A DNA stretch of 64,000 bases. It comes from Octopus sinensis. Lineage: Eukaryota. The position numbers and the translations under genes were made by a program. How positions within the stretch are numbered: the first letter of the stretch is position 1; every line of letters begins with the position of its first letter. The stretch spans positions 98,766,001 through 98,830,000 of the forward strand of contig NC_043001.1 of NCBI RefSeq assembly GCF_006345805.1, given 5' to 3'. Below the pieces are notes generated by a model, which worked only from the letters and a program-made list of their open reading frames with translations, searched no databases and was not told where the DNA came from. Below are positions 52,375-64,000 of the stretch, piece after piece.

Positions 52375-54330
52375 TGTTAGTTAGTCAACATTACTCTGTA
52401 AGGAGCTTAGGGCCATGACCATTTCATACTATTGAATGCGATCTTGGGCTACCTCCTTGATTTCAAACCAAGAGAGACTGATTGCTTTCCATTCATCCTC
52501 CACACATCCTTCTCAGGTCTTCTTCAGTTATCCAACTTCCCTTTTTCCTTCAGGTTTTCAGTCGAACACTTATCTTGCAATGTTGCTTGGAGGTCTCCTT
52601 AGATGTAACTGATCCAGACCCATTTCCTTTTCAGAATTTCTTGATTAATGGGAATTTGGTTTGTTCTGTCCCATAGACTTCTGTTTGAAATTTTATCTGA
52701 CCACCAGATCTTGATGTAACACAGACATTTGTTGATGAAGGTCTGTAGCTTAATTTTCATGGCTTTGGTAACCCTCCAAGTTTCTAACCTGTAAAAGAAG
52801 ATTGGACTTGACATTGGAATTGAAGATGCAGACTTTCCTTGCTAATTGTTGCAGATGGTCAAATCACCTTTCTTATGTAACTTAAACAAATAGCCCCTGT
52901 TCCATGCTGAGGTTATTTGTTCTTGATGCCAAACTTTTTGTAGCATATCAGCAGTTGTTCCTCCAATGACTCTGAGCACCTCTGCTGAGATAGCATCTGA
53001 ACCTGGAGCTTTATCGTTCTTGAGAGATGCGATGGCCTTGATGATCATAGCTTTTGTCGGTGGACTCGTCTTTACTGGTAACAACTCTTCAGCTGGAGAG
53101 ATATGTAGAGTATTGTCTGGAAGCATTCTATCCAAGACACCATGAAAGTGCTCCATTCAACACTTCCTCTGTTCGATTGCTCTTTCATTTGTTTCACATT
53201 CCTGATCTTTCAAAGGCTTGCACATGGTGCCATTCTTTCCTGAAAGAACTCTGGTAATAGTTTAGTGAGTCTTCATGTCTTGTTTATTGACTACTATCTC
53301 TGCTTCTGTTGCTAAGTCCTGTGTGAACTATCTCTCCTCCCTGAAAGCACTCTTCTTCACTTTTTCATGTGTAAATCAACTTTCTAGTTGTCTTTTTCTT
53401 GCTGTTCTTTAAACTGTCCAATTAAACCCTTTAGCTCCTTCTTCTTGTCTATTAGTTTCCAAGAAGTCAGTGTTAACCACTCTTTCTGTTCCCCCTTTCT
53501 TCTACCAAGTACTTTGGTGCATGATGCCATCCACATTCCCTAAAGCCTCATCCAACGTGTATCAATATCTTCTTCAATGAGGCCCGATAAAGCATTAAAG
53601 TGATTCCTTTGCTCACAAACTCATGAACCATCCCTTCAGAGTCGAAACTTCAGGTGTTGAAGTGAGGATGCAACTTGCTAAACAAATCTTGGTAGACTTT
53701 TAGTTTCATTCTCAGGATTCCAAGGATAAGTTGGTGGTTGAATGTCACATCTGCTTACCTATTTCTTGCTGACATCAAGAAAGCTCTACCTCAGTTTCTG
53801 CTCAAAGGTGAAGTGGTCTGTTAGGTTTTTAATTCAGCCATCTGGTAATATTCAGGTAGGCTTATGAATGCGTTTATGTGGGAAGAAAGTCTCTCCAATA
53901 ACTAAGCCATTCAGAGTGCCAAAGTGTGCAAACAGCTCCCCAGTCTCATTGATGGCTGAATCATCGGAGGTATTTGTGGGTGCATATTATTGGATAATGG
54001 TAGTCTTCCTCCCCATGAAGTTGATTCTTGCTATTATTCTCAAAGACATTGGATTACACAAGATTAACGTTTGCAGAGCTTCTGACGAGATCAGGAAAGC
54101 AACACCTTGACTGTGTTCCTAATTGTCTTCCTGGTGGTCAGAATAGATGATGGACTTGCCAAATACCAGCCTGGCATATCCTGCACAGTTCCATCTGGTT
54201 TCCCAGAGATCGAGCACCTTGATATTGTGCGTTCTCATTTTCTTTGCTACCTGTGCTACCTTTGCCATTTCATATAGGGTTCTGATGTTCCAGGTCCTTA
54301 TCTTGGTGTTTACCTTCCAGGTCCTTATCT
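52375..54330 (-). mobile_element. Decayed RTE/BovB-like LINE
   Basis: KAPGSDAISAEVL, KKGDL..C.N, ETWRVTK..LQTFINKCL fragments. Endonuclease remnants near 53700-54300 and a (TAAC)n-like tail. Confidence 0.75.
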
Positions 54331-54767
54331 AGACATGTACCAATGTCATTATCAGTGAACTGGCAGTTATTAGAATGTAGAACAAAATGCCTAAGATATT
54401 TGTTTCAATTCCCTCCGCTCTGCATTCAACCCTTGCTGAAATCACCTTTAGTTTTTCATTCTTTTAGGGTTAATAATAAAGTACCAGTCAAGAGCAATAG
54501 ATTGGAGGAAATGTTTAAGCATCAGGCAAAATACCTTCTAGTATTTGCCTTAATTCATTGAGTACAGTGTTCTTGGATGGTAGATTTAACCCATTGCTTG
54601 TTTTCTTCCCCCACCACAACCTGGTCTTTGAGTATCTTTAGTTGAGTTCTCTCAGTTGTAAGCATTCAAGTCAGGTCTCTTGATTGAGGATAAACGTTCA
54701 ACGTTGACTTTAAGCATTAACGAAATAAATTGACAACAAATGCCTTATCACTAATATTTATTCATGT

Positions 54768-54818
<51 letters not shown>

Positions 54819-57800
54819 TGTATGCATGTGTGTGTATGTCTGTATGTGTGTGTGTGTGGACGCTAATAGGGATAAATGGAAGAGTACTCAATATCGGACG
54901 GTAAGGTATAAATCATTATTTATTATGTAAATCACAATCAGAAAAAAATCTTGCTGATATCTCAGTTTGCAGCTAATAGAGTGAGTGTGTAAATATTCAT
55001 TCAGCCTGTAAACTGAATAGGTCGTAGGTTAATATGTCTGACGGAACCTCAGATGTCAAGCAGGTTGCGATGTTAAATTTTAGTCTCATTGCTATTCAAA
55101 ACAAGGTTTAAATAGCTCTAAGGGAAGCAACTCGTGGTGGGAGTATTTTCCTTATTTCTTTTTAAACAAATTTCAAACATCTTTAAAGGCAATGTGAAAA
55201 CACGTGGTCCAGTGGTTAATGTGTTGCACTCACGATCGCAAGATCGTGGTTTCGGTTTCCGGACTTGGCGAGGCATTGTGTTCATGTTACTCTGGTTCAC
55301 TTAGATATAAATGAGTAACTCCATAGTGGACTGACATCTCGTTTAGGGGGAATGTTGAGATCTCAGTCACTTATTACATTATAAAAATTTAATAACCGAC
55401 CCTATGAATCCTAGCAATGTCCGGGAGACTTACTTACTTAAAAGTAACATTAGAATCCCATGCACTGCAAGCTTACAATTGATAAAGTGAGAGAGACATG
55501 GTTGGATAAAATATTGGAGAAATAGATGAATGGATAAAGTAAGACAGGAATGGCTGGATAAATGCAATGAGTGAAAAATAGATAGATGCAATGAGGGAGG
55601 AGTACTTGGAGGGGCAGGTAGAAAGATATCTCATTCAACTGTTTAAAACTTACATTACAAAATTAGATATTACATTCAGGGGCTGAATCAAGAAAGCTTT
55701 CAAAAGGTTCACCGTTGTGCATAAACAACAAGGTATCATTCTTAGACTTAATGGTCTTTTAGAATATCCCTGTCCCCAAAGAAATAAAGAATGAAAGATT
55801 AAAACCTTATTGGTCAGTGTGGCATATAAAACATTTGTAATATTTTATATTTCCTGACTTAATAAGATTTACTTTTTATATACGTTTTTGACTGTGTTGC
55901 TTGCATGTAAAGGATGTTTCTTTTTATAATTACTGACCTATTTAGTTTTTCTTTTTTGACCCCCTACCAACTTGCCCAAATTAGCCAAGCTGCCAAAGGG
56001 CTTAAACTGAGTTTTTATGCAATTTCTGAAAAAAAAAATTTTTTTGTAATTTTTACTTATTGTAAAAGATTTTAAAATATTTGATGTAAATTTATTTACT
56101 TATTTATTTATTAAATCAATCACTCGATCAATCGATATTTTGTAGCTGTGTGGTAAGAAGTTTGATTCCCAACCACATGGTTCTGGGTTCAGTCTTACTC
56201 CTTGGCTCTTTGGGTAAGTGTATTTTACTATAGCCTTGGCTTGACCAAAGCCTTGTGAGTGGATTTGGTAGAAGGAAACTGAAAGCAGCCTGTCATTTAT
56301 GTGTGTGTGTCATTGTTTGTCCTACACTGCTGCTTGACAACTGGTGTTGGTGTGTTTATGTTCTGATAACTTAGCAGTTTGGCAAAAGATATCAAAAGAA
56401 TAAGTACCAGGCTTAAAAAAAGTACTGGGGTTGATTCATTCAAATGAAAATTCCTCAAGATGGTGCCCCAGCATGGCTTCAGTCTAAGACTGAAACAAGT
56501 AAAAGATAAAAGATAGAATTAATAAAGTGACAGACAAAAATGCCTTGCAGTATTTAGTTCTGTACCTTTATATTCTGAGTTCAAGTCTTGCTGAGGTTCC
56601 CTTCCATCCTTCTAGGAACACTAAAATGAATAACAACTGAGTAGTGGAATCAATTTAATCAACTATACTTTCTTCCAAAATCTATTACCTAGTGTTTATG
56701 TCAGAAATTAATATTTTAGCTACAGAAAATGTAGCTAAAATAATAAAGTGCCAAGCTAAATATATTGAAGTATTTAGTTTTCTACCAGTAGATCATTTGT
56801 GGTGGGGTTCACTTTACCTATTCATCCCTCAAGTGTTAGAAATATATTTACCAATAATATACTTGAAGATGAATCAAATAGATATAATATTTCTGCAAAA
56901 AGATTTGGCTTTGTACCTAAATAAGAAAGCAAATTATTTTAATTTACCTGAAGTGGCTAGCAATATAATACATATTTCAACTGTAAAACAAACTTTCAGG
57001 CTTCAGCAGGCTCAAATGGATTCATTGAAAAATTGTGAAAAGATTGGTTTGACATAAACAACAAGTTGGTAACCTCCCTTTCATCTTTAATCAACTTCAT
57101 TCTCTCTATGTTCAATGTTCAAATGATAAGAAATCACAACCAAAGAAAAACTCCTGCAATAGGACAAAGTAAATAATACAAAATAAACCCTACAAGATGC
57201 AGAACATTTGGTAGATGGAAAGGATGGGAAAACTGATTACTGCCAATGCAAAGGATGGGGAAATATTCTTCTGTTAATTTAAAGTAATGTTTGGACCACT
57301 GTTTATATGAAATACAGATGGAAGATTTTTTAGTCTGGATCGCTTTAAAACAGGAAGTTTTTATCACAGAACCAAGATCAGAATCAAACAGGCTAATATC
57401 AAAAGGATTAATTACCAGTTAATAACCTCTGATGATACCATGAATAAAAGACTCTATGACTTAATGATTGTGGAACTTGATATTACTCCAAAAATTACAG
57501 AAACAACTAATGCAATCAACCAACTTTCTAGCAGGAAATGTGCCTGAAGATGAAAAGTGTACAAATATGATAGAGATACACTTGTGGTGGAACTTACTCA
57601 AACCATCAGATGGCTGTGGTTAGAGGAAGTGGTCACACAAGATTCTGATAGCATACTGGTCATTCATCTGTACAAATGCAAAGGTAATAGATAGGAGGGT
57701 GACAATCATTGAGGCATGTCTCTTGCTAATACTCTTGATACAATTATGAACCTCATTTAAGATGAAGTACAATTTGTGAGTGATTTGGCTGTTATTTCTT

Positions 57801-58534
57801 GTATGTAGTGTCTCCTACAATGGCTTCACTTCAGTCAAGAGTTGTGGAATGAAGCACCATGTTCCCACCACTGGTTACTGAAATCATTTTATGGAATTTG
57901 GTATTTTTACATATTCCATTTTGATAACTTTGTCAGCATGAGTTGTTTCTTTCTTATCACCACTTGCAGTTATGTGTGTGTGTGTGTAATAGAGGTCCTT
58001 TCAATTAGATGTCAATAAGCATTGTACGTAGCCAAGTACAGGGTTTTTCAAAATGAATTCTAAGGAGCCCTAAGGCTCTGTGAAAAAAATTTAGGTTCTA
58101 CAAGATGTCTTTTAATAAAATTTACAAAAATCATTTTTATCAAAAAATGTTGTTCTTTATTTTCAAAGTAAATTATTTTATATTTCTTTTTATATGAATA
58201 AAATCTCTCTATAAAATAATTTTTATTGTTTCTTTTAGTGTTTTATGAAAATTAGGGCAGAGAGGGTTGTCTGTAAAATATAGGCATAGTCTTTTCAATT
58301 TATGATTTTAAAATTGCATAAGGGTTTTACAATAAAATAAGTTTCTGAATTAATGGTCATATGGTTAGGCTGTTTGAATCGCGATTGCAAAGCCGTGGGA
58401 TTAATTCCTTGACCAAGTGATGGGTCATGTCCCTGGGCATGGCACATCACTTGACATTACTCCTATTCACTCACTTGAAAATGAGTTGCGTCAGCTACAG
58501 TATAGCAGCATGCAAACCATTAACAACAAATCTT

Positions 58535-58954
58535 GGATCTTTTCGGTTTGAACAGCAGTTTTTTTCTAGCGGTGTCATATGAAATTGTCACCCATAATTA
58601 TGACCCTAGTATCGATCTATTGCATTTCAATCTGTTTTAGGGTTAGGGTTAGGGGTGGGGAGGAAGGGTATCTTTTTTTCTTCGGAAATGTAAATAAACC
58701 CAATCTATTTCTTAAACGAGGGGCCTATTCATACGGCACAGAATGTTTTCACCTCAATAGACGTCGTTGATTGGTTGAAATTGCAGAAATTGAAGAAAAA
58801 AAAACAACAAATATCTTACAAACTATAGAATTTTCTCAATAAAGCCAAGAGAAAAAGATGTTTTATAAACACATTCTACCAGTATACGAAGTTTAAAAGT
58901 GTTTAGTTACATTGAAATTATTTTAAAAAGCTTCCGTTCAACCCGAAAAGATCC
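58535..58954. mobile_element. MITE with ~30-bp TIRs and internal (TTAGGG)3
   Basis: GGATCTTTTCGGTTTGAACAGCAGTTTTT / AAAAAGCTTCCGTTCAACCCGAAAAGATCC. TTAGGG x3 at 58637-58654. Confidence 0.8.
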
Positions 58955-60756
58955 GTATAATCTATTAAGTTCCTATAAGTTATTTAATATTCTTGACTGT
59001 GAAGATTCTGAAGTTGTTTCTATCCTTATCAAATTTATTTCTTTTTACAAAAAAATGTATGTATTGAAATACATGACTGAATGCAGTTAGCTCCCTTGCA
59101 TTTCTTTTTTAACCTTCTAAATTCTGGAACCCCGTCGATCTTTCAGAATAGGGTATTAAACGAGGTTATCTCCCTTACTATTCCTTTTGGTAAATGTAAA
59201 TTTAAGTTTCGATACTTGCGTGCGTACGTGCATGGGTGCGTGTGTACGTGCGTGCGTAACTGCGTGCATAAGTGCGTAAGTATGCGTGCAGGAGCGAGCG
59301 AGAGAGAGAGAGAGAGAGAGATATACAGCAGACAGAGTTTGGCTGTATATGCATGTCTGTGTGTGTGCACGCGTATTTATTTACAAAAAGGGGATAAAAA
59401 AGAAAACAATGAAGGAAAATGAACATTTATGTACGTGCCCGTACATACACAAATTTTCCCTCTTACTCTCATACACAGACGCATATGCATATACACACGC
59501 AAGCCAATATATACATACAAGCATAGCTATAAATTTATGTCTAACAAACAAGGATCGCATCCCCAAACTGTCGTTCTGCCGACTGACCATCCCTGAGGTG
59601 GGGGGAAGTTGAAGGTACTAAGTTGACTATAGGTAGTGTCGTCGGCATAGATATCTATCACGTATCACATTTTTTAAATTACTAGAAAGAATTTGAGCAT
59701 GGGACGTCAAATTAACATACATACATATGCACACACACAAACACACACACACAGACGTACATACATTTAAACAGAAAAAATCCCACTTCTTCCCTAATAA
59801 AACATTCTCGAAGAAATTAGTGATACTCAATCCCAAAGCTAAGCTATAATTAACTCTAATTTCATGTCACCCAATCAAAATTCATATACTTGTTTAATTT
59901 AGATGTTTGGGGTGTCAATAGTCATCAATGTACCATATAAGGTGGTAATGATAATAATGCGTTAGGCTGCATATAATTGAGGCAACAGCATTCCAACAAC
60001 TAACTTTGATTTTATTTGTGCTGCACAAGTCATATTGAGGTTGGTCATGAATTACAACGATCTTCACATAGAGTCAACATGACTATAAGAAACAGATTGC
60101 AACTTGCATGGTTAGCTGGATACAAGAGCTTACTACTGGAGCTGGATTAAACTCAGGAATATATATACGCATATATACATCATAGCATGCAGTTGTTAGA
60201 ACAGCTTTGTAAGCTGGGAAGGAGTGAGTGAATTGGACAATAACTTGGCAGACACTGAGATTTTGCACTCAAAACAGACTGAATTCATAAGCTATCTAGA
60301 AGGGTAAAAAAAAATAGTCTATCACATGAAAACCAGCTGCTGATTGGTTGATAACTGAACTTCACACAAGAACAGGGTTGAGCAATGTTGTGGCTTGAAG
60401 TGTATAACATGATGACTTGAAATCAAGTCTTGCTACACACTAATGAGGTCATATGCAAGCGACACAGCCTGTTCTCTTTCTTTCTGAGTTACCAATCAAA
60501 CACAAGTTCTTCTACCATCTTTGTCTCAAGCCATTACTTGATGTTGCTCAACCACCCATTCTGTGATCTTCCTATATCACTTTCACTTGAGGTTTTTCCA
60601 TATATAACCATCCATACACATTGAAATAGAAATGCCATGGTATTTGTGACATGACTAAGCCATTTTATTTTTGTTTTTTTTACTATAAAGTTTCTTGGTT
60701 AACAGTTTTCTCAGCAGTTTCTTTCATAACAGTCTCATTACATCAATTCTCAATGT

Positions 60757-62650
60757 CATCATCATCATCATCATCATTTAATGTCCGTTTTTCATGATGG
60801 CATGGGTTGAATGGCTTGACTGCACCAGGCTCCAATCTGATCTGGCAATGTTTCTACAGCTTGATGCTCTTCCTAACGCCAACCACTCCGAGAATGTAGT
60901 AGCTGCTTTTTATGTGCCACTGGTGCAGGAGCCAGTCAGGTGGGCCTGGCATCGATCACGTTTGAATAGTGCATCGGCCATGTTCAGATGTTGCCTTTTA
61001 TGTGCCACTGGCACAGAAGCCAGTCGAGGCGGCGCTGGCATCGGCCACGTTCGGATGGTGCTTTTTATGTGCCACTGGCACAGGTATCACAACTACTATT
61101 TCCATTGATATTTATTTCGATGTTCATGTACTTGACTCAATAGGTCTCCTCAAGCACAGCGGGATGTTCTGGTATCCAAGGTACTTTGAATGGGCAGGGG
61201 CTATGCGGAACTGGTGCAGGAAGCAGCCCGGGTCTTTGCAGTCACAGCATATCTCCAGAGATCTCGGTCCTTCGTCATTGCCTCTGTGAAGCCCAACCAT
61301 CTGAGGTCATTCTTGACTACCTCATCCCATGTCTTCCTGGGTCTTCCTCTCCACCTGATACCTTCAACTGTTTGGGAGCGGCACTTCTTCACACATCTCT
61401 CTTCATTCATCCGCAGTACATGACCATACCATCGCAAGTGTTGCTCTTGCACACCACATCTGATGCTTCGTATGTCCAGCATTTCTCTCAGGGTGCTTAC
61501 TCTCTGTCATGCGCGCACACTGACATTACACATCCAGCGGATCATGCTAGCTTCATTCCTTTCAAGTCTACGCATGTCCTCTGCAGTCACAGCCCATGTT
61601 TCACTACCGTGAAGCATGGCAGTTCGCACACATGCATCATACAATCTACCTTTCACTCTGAGTGAGAGACCCTTTGTCGCCAGTAGAGGTAGGAGCTTTC
61701 TAAACTTTGCCCAGGCTATTCGTATTCTAGTGGTGACACTCTCTGAGCATCCACCTCCACTACTAACTTGGTCACCCAGGTAGCGAAAACTATCAACTAC
61801 TTCTAGTTTCTCCCCCTGGAGTGTGATGGAATCTGTTTTCTGAGTATCTGTGGTGTCTATTGTCCCTGTGCATCTGCCGCACATGAAAGCTATCTTATCA
61901 GTTAATTTCCCTTTGATGTTGCGGCACCTCTTATGCATACACTGGGTACATCTTATGGAGTTTCTACATACACCTTTCCTACAGATCGAGCAGGGCCACT
62001 TGCCCGAGAGTGTGTGTGTGTGCTGAGTTCGCCTTTCTGCTTACTATAACTTTGGTCTTTGCTACGTTTACTCTAAGGCCCTTTGATTCTAACTCTTGCT
62101 TCCACACCCAAAATTTCTTTTCTAGTGCCGGTGGTGATTCTGCTATGAGAGCCAGGTCATCAGCATAGAGAAACTCCCAGGGGCAACCTGTTTTGAATTC
62201 CTCTGTTATTGCCTGGAGGACTACGATGAATAAAAGGGGACTGAGGGCTGAGCCTTGGTGTACACCTACTTCTACCCGGAATTCTTCACTATATTCGTTG
62301 CCAATTCTAACCTTGCTGACAGCCTCTCTGTATAGGGCCTGTACAGTCCTTATTAGCCATTCGTCAATCTCCAGTTTCCACATCGACCACCAGATAAGGG
62401 ATCGGGGAACCCTGTCAAAGGCTTTCTCTAAGTCCACAAAAGCTATGTAGAGGGGTTTATCTTTAGCTAGGTACTTCTCCTGCAGTTGTCAGAGCAGGAA
62501 TATAGCATCAGTGGTGCTTCTACCTGGCACAAAACCGAACTGCATCTCATCTAAGCAAATCCTCTCCCTAATGAGATGGGCTATGACCCTCTCTGAGACC
62601 TTCATCACCTGATCCAACAGTTTAATAACCCTGTAGTTATTTCTATCTAG
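60757..62650 (-). mobile_element. 5'-truncated RTE-clade LINE (same family as 21935 and 40935 copies)
   Basis: DLEKAFDRV, GVHQGSALSP, YADDL, PHD remnant, EKLEVVDSFRYLG, LHGSETW, and a (GAT)n tail on the minus strand. Confidence 0.92.
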
Positions 62651-63489
62651 TAGCTTATCTATTGACCTTGAAAGAATTTGACTTCAGCTGGATTTGATCT
62701 CAGAACATAGAGAACCGCAACAATTACTGCAAAGCTGTCAATTGGCTATCGTGAAGACCCGATAGAAAAAGCAGCTAAACCTCACTCAGCTCATGCCCTA
62801 CTGTTATAAGAAAGAAAGGCTATTGTAGATAATATAATTTCAACATTCCTCATAGCCAAAAGACAGGATGGTCATGGATAAAACGTCTTTAAGCAAATGA
62901 TTTCTGGATTAGAGATGATCTGGGAGCTGGACAACAACATCTAAAATTAGAACTCACTAGAATTAAATGTTCACTAGAGATAGCACAAGAGGTAGACGTG
63001 GCCGCATTTCCCGCGACACACATCGAACCCGTGCTCTATGGTGTCAGCTTGATGCAGTCATATGTATATCAGGGACAATATATGTGTGGCTGCAATTCAG
63101 CCATTTGATCAGGTAACTGGAAGAGAGAGCAACAACAATAATAGTACCAACAATATCAGATACACACACACACACAAACACAAAACACCACCACCACCAG
63201 CAACAAGATAATCATCGTTAATTTTAGAGAGGATCACTTTTTTTAAATTAACGAGAATAATGAACACACCTGGCGTAATTTCATATCGTCAACCAATAGT
63301 GCCACACCTGAGATGTTAGTCACGTTGTGATTGAGAAATCGGTCAACATAAATATTACTTTACATACTCTGCTATCCTGTTTCATTTTTTTGAGTTCGTT
63401 TCAAATATTAAAAAAAATTTTTATCCTGATTTCAAATGTCAGACAAAACACTGAATTGGAAAACTGATACGTCTGAAACTGGTGGTGCA

Positions 63490-63910
63490 TATGTATGTGT
63501 GTATATATGTGTATGTATGTATGTTTGCATGCATGTATGAATCTGCATGTATGTGCATATGTATTTATGTATGCATGTATATATGTATGTGTGTGTGTAT
63601 GTTTGTATGTATGTGTTTGTAAGCATGCAAATATATATGCATGTATGTATGTATGGATGTATGCATGCATGCATGTATGTATGTATGCATGCATGCATGC
63701 ATGTATGTATGCATGCATGTATGTATGTACGTATGTATGTATGCATGCATGTATGTGTGTATGCATGTATGTGTGTATGCATGTATGTATGTAAATATGT
63801 ATGTATGTCTGTATGTATGCATGTATGTATGTCTGTATGTATGTGTTTGTAAGTATGCAAATATATATGTATGTATGTATGTATGTATCTATGTATGTCT
63901 GTCTGTATGT
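63490..63910. repeat. Degenerate (TATG/TGCA)n microsatellite
   Basis: Directly visible. Confidence 0.9.
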
Positions 63911-64000
63911 CAGGTCACTTACAAGGCTTTCATAATTGTGGCTGGTAACATGGAATCCAGTACAACCAGTTGCATGGTTGGGTTGTCAGCAACTAAACTG

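Noticed and set aside
62995-63050. CpG cluster with E2F-like TTTCCCGC
   Set aside because: A single short motif with no associated gene visible in the window.

Overview
AT-rich, microsatellite-dense eukaryotic DNA. The repeat landscape (tRNA-derived SINEs, RTE, CR1, Dong/R4 and Penelope retroelements, mariner and maT transposons) suggests a coleoid cephalopod such as Octopus; this is inference. Only one host gene is well supported: an intronless 1263-aa ORF (11796-15587, minus) encoding a CD20/MS4A-type four-transmembrane domain, two PY motifs and a very long disordered tail. It resembles the ENTREP/FAM189 family and has a probable CpG/YY1 promoter about 2 kb upstream. The rest is mostly decayed mobile elements. 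The most striking structure is a perfect 226-bp-arm palindrome (30065-30519) whose arms each carry an intact minimal type I hammerhead ribozyme, one per strand. Four more degenerate hammerhead-like motifs with different sequences occur near 19.7, 44.3, 45.9 and 47.2 kb. One sits at the end of a Penelope RT/GIY-YIG element. Two lie in fold-back structures that end exactly at (TA)n runs. Most short ORFs in the track are microsatellite or antisense artefacts.
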